From the NCBI GenBank assembly GCA_001724265.1, contig MEDY01000029.1, positions 1 to 64,000 of the forward strand: a DNA stretch of 64,000 nt, read 5' to 3'. This document shows, piece after piece, positions 49,291-60,915 of this stretch (position 1 is its first letter; each line of letters opens with the position of its first letter). Origin of the DNA: Rhizaria sp. SCN 62-66 (Eukaryota). A model generated the notes under the pieces. That model had not been told where the DNA came from. It searched no databases and saw only the letters and a program-made list of their open reading frames with translations. Both the position numbers and the translations under genes were made by a program.

Positions 49291-51066
49291 ATGTACTCTG
49301 CCACTCCCCAGCCGCCCCCGATCGGCGATCAGATGCGGTATCCTCCCGCGCCCGAGGGCTGCTATTACGGGCCTCCGTCTTGCTACGCTGACGTCATTGT
49401 GCGCCCCGGTGAGCTTGAAGGGGACGAGCTGCGCCGCGCCGAGCGTATCTCGGCGCTCTCGATGCCCACGCAGCGCGCTGTCACCATCAACAAATCCCGT
49501 ATTCGCGCCATGCAAACGCAACGTGGTACGTGTTAACAGAGTGTTACTGGCATATACTATAATAGTTGTCATAGTCTCACCCTTATCTCTCATCTCTATG
49601 CTTAGATGTGAACTTCTAGATGCATGAAGTTTGGGCACCACACGTGTTTCCGTTTCGCGCTTGGTCTCATTACATCTCTCGTCTCGCTCTTTATTTTATC
49701 CCCAACAGCGAGCCTGGTGCAGCCTCGCAGTTTCTCCGGTGCCGGCGGCTTTAACCGCACGCACCACCGCCTCTTTTCGCTCCCCGGCGCGCCCCGGCCC
49801 TCGACCGCGGCCGACGCCGCCGCTCTGCACGCCTACCAGTCCGCCGCCGCTAAGACCACCACCGAGCTCTCACACACCGGCCCGCGCGCATCCCCCGCGA
49901 CCGCGCTTCCTGCGCGGACCATGTCCAACTACGCGGACTTCCCCACGCACCGTGGCATGTCTACCTTGCGCCAGCGCACATCCTGCGCGCCCACCGAAGC
50001 CGTCGACGCGCCCCTCGGGAACCAGACTCTGACGTTGCACAAAGACGTCGACTGGATGCCGGCGCCGCACATGCAGCCCGCCGTGCCGTACGACCACCGT
50101 GGGATCCGCGCCGCGCACCGGGCCGCCAATGAGGCCGCCAAGGTCCTCGCCAAGGGCAAGCACTGGGCGACGGACTCGGCCCGCGAAGCCACAGGCCGTG
50201 AGTTCTCGCATGCGCCGCACCACGATCCACGGTACGGACTTAAGCATGGAAAAAAAAGCTGTATATTGCTTGTTCTCAATCAATCATGCTGAAGTGCTGT
50301 TATTCGTGTTGTTTTTATATGGAAACAACTTTGACTTGTCTCGATTACTAACTCGATCTCCTCTGTGTAATTTGCTTACTTGTTTAGCGTCGAGGCTGCT
50401 CGCATGGCCGCGCGCGACGCCCACACGCACCCGTACTGCCTGGGCACGCACGCCAACGAGCGCGGCAGCTGGGACGAGGACGGCCGCGTGCCCAAGGGCG
50501 ACGCGCAGCAGCGGACGACATTCCTGAAGTTAGGCCGCGGGCTGGGGGTGAAGGACCACGCGCGACTGGGCGACCAGACAGGGCTGGAGCATGTGTACGT
50601 CACCGCGCTGCCTTACACGAACAAATATCACCTGATCAGGCACTTTCAATATGAGTTACATGTTTCTTGGTGCTCCTCTTTATTCCTGTTCAATCCTGTC
50701 TCACATTAACTTCATCTTTATTGCTTCTCATGTTTTTTTTGCTACGTGTCACGTCACTTTAGCGAGGACCCTTACGAGCCGCCCGCGAAGGTGCGCTCGA
50801 TGACCGCAGTAGCGACGACGGCGCGCGCGGGCCACCGCTTCGACGCCTCGGCGCCCACCGCGCTGTCTGCGCACCACAGCGGCGGCTGGCGCGACCCCAG
50901 CCCGCTGTCGCCGCTGGTACTGAGCGACGAGTCGCGGCAGCGCCAGGAGACGGTGTGGTCCGGCGACCGCGAGTGCGCGCACCAGACGCAGGAGACGGTG
51001 CGTCGCACGGCAACGGCCAGGACGCTTAAGGCCGCGGCGCTGCTCGCCGTTGGCAACCGCGGCTAA
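49291..51066 (+). CDS. Hypothetical protein (~422 aa, 4 exons)
   Basis: Exons 49291-49525, 49709-50231, 50388-50594 and 50763-51066. The introns have GTACG donors and AG acceptors in phase, with a TACTAAC branch site at ~50346. No recognisable domain. Ends in TAA. Confidence 0.7.
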
Positions 51067-52172
51067 AGCCCGTGTACCGTCGTGCTCTCGGCAGACACCG
51101 TGGCGAAAGACTGAAGGTGGGTGCTTTCTCGCAGTGTCGAATCAAGTGAGACGCGCAGCTACTTGTCTATTTCGGTACCAGTTGCTTTGAAGCTTGAGGT
51201 TTGACTGTGGGTATTCATAAGTTTCATAGTGTTAGTTTGTTTATAAAATATGTTTCCAAAGTTTCGTGCGAACCTCCCTCCTTGATTGCTGTTCAATCAC
51301 AGGCTCGTTGCACAGTTGTAGTAAGACCGAGCGAAGGCGCGGCAATCTACGTAATAATCACGATTAGTGTCAAAAGCCATAATAAATCCTAATTAATTCA
51401 ATTGTTCCATTTTTTGTATGTGTATGACCAATTAGATGGAGCAATTATAATTTTTCTCTGACCTATAAGTCAAAAATGAGAGCGTTGGATAGGAAGTCTG
51501 TATTGATGTAACTACGCGCTATGATACGCACTATAATACGACGAGTACGCACTAAAATAAAATCAAAGTTTGTGATATAAAGCTAAAAACTAGAACATAT
51601 GTAACGGAAAAAAGTGGAATCACAAGAGAACAAACCAGGTGATTCAGATTGGTGTTTTGGAAGTTGATGTTGCAACGCTTGCGCACGACCTTCGCTTTAA
51701 CAACGCATTTAGAGCGCATCTTGTTTAGCGCATCTTGTTTATCTTTCTGACATGTGTGTACACACATCTGCGTGTAAACAAATGCGTTCACTCTTGTCGC
51801 AGCACGCAACCTCCGGGGTGAACGCAATGATACACACCGTGTTACAGTGCTGCGCAGCACACTAATGTGCATGGAGGCACAGCATAGGATCAAAAGGTGC
51901 ATTAATGCGTCCATCTTCACTTGAAAACACTGGAACACAGGCCCTCCTCTGCACTGAAGCGCTATGTAGTCTTATTGCCATGTGCAGAGTGTTGCGCTGT
52001 CCAGTGTTGCCGCAGCGTTGCTGTGGCGGACTGTGTGGCGCTCGAGGGTTGCAGGCCTTGCGGTGTGTACGTGCAATGATGTGTGCTACATTTACGCACC
52101 ATGTGCAACTGTGTGTAGAAAACTTCACTGTACATCGGCACCTTTGAAGTGAAGCGCTTACAGCTTGCACAC

Positions 52173-52846
52173 TTACATTTCGCCATCGGCCTCCATCTGG
52201 CGCAGCCGCTGCTGAAGCTCGAGCATCTCCTCGTCCTCGGCGTCGTTGTCGGCGTTGCGCTCCGTATCGGCGCCGTGGGCCTGCGCCTCGGCCTCCTCCA
52301 GACTCTGGCCGACCGGGATGTCGGCATAGTACTCCTGCTCCTGCTGCTGCTGCTGCTCGTGGTGGTGGCCGTGCTGGCCGTGCTGTGGCGAGTGCTGCTG
52401 CTGGCGCGGGGCCGCGGCGGCGGGCGCGCGGCTGCGCATCTCGCGGATCTCGCGCTCCGTGGGGTCCTCGTCCTCGGGGGCGGGCGCGCGGGCGGGCTGC
52501 GTCACGTTGGCGTAATCCTGGAGAGTCTTGAGGTTCGCGTTCAGGTTCGCGTTCTGAGTGTAATGAATAAAATGCAAAATTAATAAGTAGATATGCATGA
52601 GATGTCTGTTACTGTCTCCTAATGTTGGCATGAAGCAAGGCCGCTATGAGCTAGAGCGAGGGGGCGTACCTGGTAGGCGAGAAACTCTTGCAGCTGGCCG
52701 TTGGACATGGCAGTGAAGTAGTCCTTGGAGAAAAGCACGATGTTCTCGGGCTGGAAGCGGAGAACCTCAGTGACGTAACCAGAAAGCAGTGGGCGCAGGC
52801 CTGCGGGCTCCTTGAAGGAGAGAGGGTCAATCTCGGTCGTCGACAT
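52173..52846 (-). CDS. RIIa dimerisation/docking-domain protein (Sp17/ropporin/radial-spoke RSP11-like)
   Basis: Exons 52846-52670 and 52553-52173. N-terminal PAGLRPLLSGYVTEVLRFQPENIVLFSKDYF is a typical RIIa D/D motif, followed by an acidic/Q-rich tail and no cNMP domain. Ends in TAA. Confidence 0.8.
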
Positions 52847-53282
52847 CTGCGATGAGCAGAAACGTTAGGGGAGTCAAAGCAGGGTGAGCGGGGCATAGCA
52901 TACCAGCACAGAGAAGCACAATTGCAACGATTGAAATTAAATATTACAAATAAGTCATTAGATTCAACCTGTATGTATGCATGGCAGGTGAATATGACGT
53001 CTAATGAATGTGTGGGATTACCTGGCAGTTCGTCGTCCAGGTAGCAGTTTCTCTCGCGCAGGTGGCTAGCTGCCCAAGACAACGGCTCGGAGTCGCAATA
53101 TCTCATCATTTCAAGTCACATGTGATTTAGATCGAGATGTGTTTGAATCAAACTGTACTACTGTATACTTTCATGTATAAATTATAGGATATTGAAAGAG
53201 AGCGTGGAGATGAAGATATATAACGGGCGTAATTCCCATAAGATACTACTGTTTCTTACGGCTCTCATGGAATATCTGGCGA

Positions 53283-56200
53283 TCAAAGCTGCGGCATCGG
53301 CGTGAACTCGCACCCACTCGGCCGCACGCCCCGGTCAAACCCTTCGCGGGTGTCGTACGCAAGCAGAAACATGCGTGCCACGATGCACGTCGGGTCTTTG
53401 GCCGCCTCGGCACGCACCGCATCTAACATACTCGGGACTGGAACTGGCACGACGGCAGCAAGTCCCTCCGCCGGAGCATTCGCGCTCGCCACGGGGGAAA
53501 GCACACGCACCGGGACAAGGCGGTCTGCAATCGCGTCGAAAACACCGTTGGTCCCGCTCACGCGCTGCTCCTGGTGTGACTTGACTGCTTCGGGCGGCTG
53601 GAACACGAGGCAGAGGACGTTGTCGACGTTGGCGAGCATCCTCCCTAGCTCTGTATGATATCCGGCAGGAGTCGCTGTCGCAGCAGACGGCGCAGGGAGC
53701 TTGAATGCGATATCGTGAGCTTGTTTCGCCGTAGGCTGCTCCTTCGCCAGCTCAATGCGCCTCTCAGTGGCGCCACACTTGTTGATGCGCGCCAAAAGCA
53801 GGTCGATGGCGAGCAGCAGCGGCGAGAGCGCGTGCTTCACGGCAGGAACACTGGGGACGCGGTCCAGCGTCCAGAGGGCAGGAAGCAGGGCGCAGAATAA
53901 AGCCGCATCAAGAGCATCATCTTTGACCTTGTTTGTCGTGCTCGTGGAAGTGTTGGCGTTCGGCGGCATGCTGTCGTGGTGAGAGGCGTTGACCGTCGTC
54001 GTCGAGGCCGCGAAAGCAATCACCGCGGCCTCAGCGAGTGCTAGCACGAAGGGCCGCATCAGCGGAACATCCCGTTGCAGCACCTGCTGTTGTTGCTGCT
54101 GTTGTTGGTAAGCGAGCAGTGTCGCGCGGACCGCCATCGCTATCAGCACGTTCACGCCCACAGCCGCCATGCTGAGCCGCGGCACGATGTCGCTCGACAT
54201 CCTGACGCCGCCGGGGCCGCTGCCGGGGCCCGCCAGCCGCATCGCGCCGACGAGCGGGAGCATCTGCCAGCGACGCTCCCATCGGGCCAGCACGCGCTCG
54301 CGCCGCCACGGCTTCATGTGCGCGCCCGGCTGCAGCGCGGCCTGCGCGGCGCCAGCGTCGTCGCACGCGCAATCGAGCTCGCCCTGGGCCGCGTCGGCCG
54401 AGGCGAAGGGCGCCGGCGGCCACTGCGCGAGCGCGAGCGAGAACACGTCGATGCTGGCGAGGATGCTGAGCGTGATCGCGGGCGCGAGGCTGGGTAAGTG
54501 CCAGTTCTGGGACTTCCAGGGGTTGCGCTGTGCCCAGTTTTGGGAGGATGCACCAACAGACGCGTTTGCGGTTGGTTGCGACGGCAGCTTGCGAGGGGTG
54601 ATCTGAGGCAGCAATAAGATGTAGATGTTGCTTTCTTTAAGATCCTGCACTGACACAGGGTATTTGAACATCGACGCTTCCTTGAAATCAAATCCTTTTG
54701 TGTGGGTCACGGTCACGCCAGTCGGCCCGGGCCACAGCTCACGGTCTAAAGAAGGATCCATTGTTGCAGCAGCCGTCCCTATTGCTGTTTGAGAAAGTAA
54801 CGACGGTACCTGAGAACCCGCACTCGCAACACCTGTGGGAAGAAAAGAATCCAGTTTGCACAGTTTAGCCGGCGCGCCCTCGATAGCCAGCGCCAGCGAC
54901 ATCAACAGCGGATACAGCAGCGGCGACGCGTCGCCCTTGCTCCGGCTGGTCGCAAACGCCGACAGCGGCGCGGCCGCGCGCGCCAGCTGCAGCGGCAGTT
55001 CGCGCAGACAGACGAGGATCGCAGCGCGCACGGGCGGGTAAGAAGGCGCAATGAACGCGGCCAGCGGCAGCGCAGCAGCGGGACATGCGACCGTGAGAGC
55101 AAACTGTGACATCACGGCGTGCGTGTTCTCCTCGGTGCGCTGGCTCAAGATGTGCCTGGCCTGACTGACCGAACGCGCGGTGGCAAGCGCAAACAGCCTT
55201 TCTGAGTCGCCAAGCGCGGCGCGTTGTGTGGCGTGCGTCGCGTCGGTATTACGAAGCTGTGCCGCATCGAATAACATGCTGAGGGCTTCGGAGCACCTGA
55301 ACAGCGAAGCCAGGGCAAACTTGGCGGCTGATGCAGGGCCGGGCTTCTGCTCCCTGGCAGAGCCGCCACTGCTCGTCGTCTCGAACACCTGAGGCGGCAG
55401 CGTGGCGGCCGCGAGCGCGATGCTGACAGCCGAGCTCACCACCTCCCGCGGCAGCGCCAGGCGCCACGCCGCGGCCGCCCGGAACAGCGGCCGGACCGCG
55501 TGCATGGCGGCGACGAAGAGCAGCCGGATCGAGGTGTCGTGGTCGGCGCGGGTGAGAGCAAACTTGTGCATGCAGAGAATACTGAGCCACCACTGAATGA
55601 TTCCCTGGGAGGTAGCGGGAGTGGTGCGGGCAGGGGCGGGTGTGGACACTGAGGTGTCAAACGAAAACGCGCACGGAAGCCAGGTTGAAAGTGCTTCGAC
55701 GATTGGAATATACAAGGATCGTGTGTAGAAGTTTTCTAACTCAAAACGCTGGCGTTGGCGGACAAACTGAGCGTGTTCTTCGTGGCCGGAAGCGTCTTGT
55801 ACTGGAGGAAGCGCAAGAGGCGACGTTGCACAGTCGCGGGCAAGACCCAACAAATTGGTTAACTGCCTAAATAGCGGCCGCTTAAAAACCTCGAGCACGA
55901 GATGCATGCGCGACTCAACGACCGCGATGCCATCACTATCAGTTGCGCGAGCGCTCGCACCGTCGCGACTGTGGATGCGGCTCGGGTGCAGCCAGTTCTC
56001 CGGTGCCGCAACGCGCACCAAGCGCGCAATGGCGGAGACCATCGCCACTGCTTGCGCGATCGCAGTCGCGAAGAAAAGCGGCGCAGTCGGCAGCAAGCTG
56101 TGAAAGTCGGTGCTTTCGTGCAGAACTGAGACGCACGCAGCGGCACGCCGCTCTGCGTTGTCTGCGTAAAAGTCAGCAACGGCGGTGCTAGACGGAGCAC

Positions 56201-59200
56201 GGCTATTGTCACCGTCGTGAAGGCGGCCACTGGAAGCGTTTCTATCGCGCGCAGCCGTGCTGTCCGAAACAACCCGTCCGTTGATAAGCATGATCGACGC
56301 AGCGTCCGTGTCGCAGTGACTGGTGCGCACCCCCGTGGCCACCACAGGCTCGCTCTCGCACACCGCCAGCCGCGGCGCCGTCAGCGGCACCGCCGCGCCC
56401 GTGCTCACCACGGCGTGCAGCAGCGCCGACACGTTCGGCACCCAGGCGCCGTCGGCCACGGTCCACGCGGCGCGCACCGCGTCCGCCCACACATGCGCGC
56501 CCACTGTCAGCGCATCGCGCGCGGGGAACATAAGCCGCGCGGCCTGACTTGCATCCGCGCGGAGTGCGTGCGGCGGCAGCGTCGCTGTTGTATGCGCGGT
56601 CGCGCGGAAGTTTAACTCAGCGATGACCCGCGCCCCGCGCGCTAACAGAGCGTCGATCATACGCTGCCACTGCTTGCGCTCGCTACTGTTGTCCGCGCAG
56701 CGGCTCGCGTGGCCCGCAGCAGTCGCCGTGAGCGCAGCAGTAGTGGCGGCCAGCGATGCCGCACGCGCGCCGCAGGCCGGCGTGAGCGCCGCGCCGCGCG
56801 AGCTCGCGGACAACGCGTGCTGGGCGTCCCCGCTGCCGTCGCCGCCGCCGCCGCAAAAGCTGCTCTGCGTCTGCTGCGCGATGCTGGCCGCGAGCGCGTG
56901 CTGCTGCTCGGCCGCAAACGGCGGCAGCGGCGCGCAGAGGCCCGGCGCCGGCGCGCGCGACCAGGGCTCCCACCACTGGTCGCCGGGGTCTGCGAAGGCT
57001 CCCATGGCGTCGCCGGTGAGCTGGGCCGCAAGCTGGCCCCACAGCACGCTCTTGACGTCGCAGCAGCGCGCGTAGACCGCCAGGGCGGCGCTGTTCGGGC
57101 CGGACTTGGTGCTTGCGGCCAGTGCAGTTTTGTTGTGATTGAGAATACCGGTGCGTATACCTACTGCAACAGCGGACTGCATTGACTGCAGTAAAGGAAG
57201 AAAATGGGGCAATTCAGGTACGAGTTTCTCGTAGAACAACTCCTCATCTGCACTCGCGGAAGCAGCTGCAGAGCTCGCGTTTGCATTGGAACGCTGCGCA
57301 GCCGCTGTCGTAGACTGCACCGCAACCTCGGCGGGCACGTGCACAAGCGACGAGCCGCGACTGCAGCATGCACACCGCGGCGCGAGCGCGTACGCAAACG
57401 GCACGCGGTGCGAGCGCTGCGTCATCCGCAGCTTGGTGTTGCTGGGCGGGGTGCGGCCGAGGCTGCGAACTATGTCGTCGGGCAGGCAGCCGGTCGCGGT
57501 GAGGCAGACATCGCCGCCGAAAACAGCGGCAGATGCAGCAGCAGCAGCGTAGCCGTCTTGCATGGCGCGTCCGGGGGCACTGGCGTCGCCGCCTGCGCTC
57601 TTTGTGATATGTTGAGCGTCTGCAACCGTGATTGCGTTCAACGCCTCGTTTTTGCTGCTGTTCTCGGCAGTCAGCAGTTGTATCCACAGCAGCACCTTGC
57701 CCGCCGCAGTTGTGTCAAACGGCGCGGTGTTCTTCAGCAGCGCTCGCAGCATATCCGTGAGCGGCGCCACCCGCGCAGCGCTTGAAGTGAGAAAGCTTTG
57801 AGGCAGCAAGTTGCGCTCAGTGCGTGGAGGCAGCAGCATCTCGTTCGCCGTTTCGAGAACGCGAACGACGAAAACCTCGCAACCACTATAGAACCACTGT
57901 GCAGCATTGAAAGTTTGCTGACTTTCTGATGCTGCTGCTGCTGTCGTTGTGGCTCCTTGTGCGTCGCGCCCATGTCCTGCAGTGTCAGTGAGTTGCTGCT
58001 GCTTGTTTCGTGTCAGAGTTGCAAGCGCGTCAACAATCTGAGGGAAAAATGCGTGCAACGTAAAGCTTGACTCGCAAAACGCACACGGGTCTTGCGTGAT
58101 CGTGACGTTGCCCACGACAGTGCTCATGCCGATAGACTGGATGGGAGTGCTGCGAAATTGAGCTAGACTGATCAAAGACCGGAGAAAAATCGCGTGTGTG
58201 ATGACGGAAGTCGGAAACGCCCAGTCTGCAGCCACGTTACATGCGGTATTATTGTCACGTGCGCCAGCGCGGGTACCGAAACTGGCGCTGAAGTCGTCAT
58301 CATCTGCCATTGCGACGGGTGTGTTTGACACGTTGCTGTCGTGCGCAATCATGCTGTGATACGCTGCAATCGGCGTGTGGATGTTGAAGTGAAACGACCA
58401 ATGAGCACCGTAATGGGGTGTGATCGTGCTCTCTTTGCTCACAAACGGGTTTGACGCCACCTGCAACGGCGGTGAGTTCGACTCTAGCTGCGGTGGCGGC
58501 CCTGCTGCGGCCGTCTCTGTTGTTGTTGCGCGAGACACTGCTGTTCCCAGGAGCTTTGCCGCGTTGTCGATCTCTTTCTGCATTCGCCTTTGCATAACAT
58601 ACTGCCACAACGACTGCGTGTGTGCGTCGCCGCAGGCACTGTTGCTGCCGCTGCTGTTGGAGCTTGGAACGAAACGGGTACTTGGCTCGCACAGTGTCGC
58701 CGTCAACAGCCACAGCGGCTCGTTGCACTACGACACCAGCGCGGGGGCTGCAGCGCTAGCTATGGCTGTGGCGTCATCCGCTGTATCAGCCAGTGGGGTT
58801 GTAGAAGCGTCCGCTGATGCTGATGATGAGGCTATCGCTGAGGCGGGCGTTGTCGTTGAGGAAGCCCGTTGGTGTGTCGGAGTCATTTGACCGAGCAGAG
58901 AATGGTTCGCCGACAGTTCAACGCAACTACTACTGTCTGAGTCGTGGTTTGTTGGGCTCGCGGAAGTGCTATTTGCGTGGCCGCCGCTGCTACTGCTGTT
59001 AACACTCAGACGACCGGTACTGATGATGGAAAATGTGAGAGGAGTGGAAGCTGTGACGGCGTTGCTGCTGCGACTATTGTAATGCCAGAGCCACGGTGCT
59101 GTGGCGTAATAGCGTGAAATCAGTGCCGGAATATGTTCCATCGCAGCCGACAGCTCGCTGTACGCAGTCTCAGTCAGCGCTCCACGGTCACTCTCATTGT

Positions 59201-60326
59201 CAATGTCACTAATGCTGTCGCCGCCGCAGTCAGCACTCGCGCCTTGTGCGGCTCTTGCCTCACTAGCTGTGCTAGACGTAGCAAGCTTGTCGATATTAGA
59301 GTTGCGTTTAGGCTGGTAAGACAGGAAGGCGTTGTTGTTGCGCAGGTAGCCAAACGCCGCATTCGCGCACGCAGCGCCAAAGTGCACTGCCGTTGCAATC
59401 ACGTTTGCACAGTCACTCAACCGCGGAGACGTTGAGCTGCCAGTGCGGCTGATGCTGTCTCTGCTACCTGCATTGGTCGAGCTGCTACTGCTGTTGTTAC
59501 CGGGATCATAAAGATCGCAGAGGCGCTGTAAGTTGTTGCGCACTCGGCCGTCCGCGTTAAGGTTCGTCTTGTGATGCGTGTGCTTGCTCGCGCGAGCGTG
59601 GTCCGTGCGCGCGTGTGTGTTTCCGTTTGGGACAGGGTAGGTTGCACTCGTGAGGGCGTGTGCGCTGGCGAACGAGCTAACCAACACAAGGTGGGCGACT
59701 TCAAGCAGATCCGTCGCAAACTCTGCCTGGACCTCGGTGAGGCCGGCGCTACCTGAGACAAACGCTGCAGCGGCTGCAGGGGCATAAGCAGAGGCGGATG
59801 TGGAAGACGATGACGTGTTAGCGCTCTGTGACAGCAGCATGTCCTGGAGAATTGACGTAACGTGTGTGATCTTATCGTTGAGCTGACTGATTGTGTCCGC
59901 GATACTGAGGGCACCGTCTTGACTTGTCTTGCTCTCGGCATTGCTGACGGTGACGTCAGCATGACTGTGAGTGCGAGAGTCAGTGTTAGAGGCCGTGTAA
60001 GTCCCAGCAAGGAGGGGATCGATAGCCTGCAGTGCTGTCTTTACAGCGAGCCGGGCCTCGTTCAGCTGCTCAGTAACTGTATCAACATTATCCGCGGTTA
60101 CCGCGGAGATAAAATTGCCGATAGTTTCTGTCACTTGTGATTGCGGAGTGAAAAGCGACGGTGACCAGAGAGGTTTAGGAAGGACAAGCGGGTTGTGGTG
60201 TGGGTTCTTTGTACTGAGCACGAAAAGCTTTAGTGCAGAGGTGACAGATCGTGGCCGTAGTGCCGCAGGATTCGCGCTAGCGCTGTTCAATGCACGTTGC
60301 CCGTGATAATGCTGGCGCGATGTCAT
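53283..60326 (-). CDS. Large intronless hypothetical helical protein (~2347 aa, one in-frame TAG)
   Basis: ORFs 60326-58728 and 58706-53283 are in one frame and separated only by the TAG at 58728-58730. No recognisable domain. Ends in TGA. Confidence 0.65.
58728..58730 (-). other. In-frame TAG (putative sense codon) #6
   Basis: AAAPALVS*CNEPLWLLTATLCEP. No ATG follows until much later, and the GC-rich context is unlike the introns. Confidence 0.75.
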
Positions 60327-60606
60327 TATGAAACGGGGAGACGTGCCCGAGCGGGCTTAGTTAACGAGGTGCGAACTAGGGTCTTGACTTGGGAGGAGGG
60401 CGTTGAAAAGATGCTAGATCTACAACACAGAAGGGTACAGAAAAGTATAATTACGTGAGAGTAAATTGTACAGCGTAACAATTTAATTCTTTCGTTTTAA
60501 CTTTATTTGACGATTGCGTCACAAAGATATTCACTGCTCAATCCATCTGCTTGTGGGCGCGCAAGACCGCGACCAGGGTGAGAAGTAGAGCAATGCATCA
60601 TCAAGC

Positions 60607-60719
60607 CTAAGCTCATCACCAATGTCACCAGACCAGTACAAGTGACCTCTTGGGGGTTGATTGTACTTTGGTCTAGTCCTCATTTCGGGGCGAACGAATT
60701 CATTGACAAACGAGCTTAG
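60607..60719. other. Intergenic nested inverted repeats (possible structured RNA or element remnant)
   Basis: CTAAGCTC(60607-14)/GAGCTTAG(60712-19), AGACCA(60630-35)/TGGTCT(60669-74), GTACAA(60636-41)/TTGTAC(60661-66) and GACCTC/GGGGTT inner stem. Confidence 0.4.
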
Positions 60720-60915
60720 CCACGTTTGCTACCACATATGAATGATGTTTGCCAGCTGTTACTACACTCCATGTTCACGCTGTGAGGCTTCAAACTCGCC
60801 ACGAGTCAACGACTAATCGGTCCGTGGATAAAAATGATTAATAGTAGAATCCTAATGCACTCTGTATGATGTAGTTTTACTTTCTATGTAGTAATCGTCA
60901 AATCTATCATATACT

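Noticed and set aside
51707-51740. Short tandem duplication (TTTAG..GCGCATCTTG) downstream of the RIIa gene
   Set aside because: It has only two copies in probable UTR or intergenic DNA, with no evidence of function.
17769-58730. Calling the five TAG-containing genes pseudogenes, or pairs of separate genes
   Set aside because: Only TAG occurs internally, never TAA/TGA or frameshifts. Splice phases and motifs are intact, and there is no intergenic-like sequence at the junctions.
17769-58730. Pyrrolysine insertion, or fungal-type A-to-I editing (UAG to UGG)
   Set aside because: There are no methylamine methyltransferase or pyl genes and the host is eukaryotic. Trp is implausible in the acidic and polar contexts, and editing would not explain the absence of TAG as a terminal stop. 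Editing is not formally excluded without RNA data.
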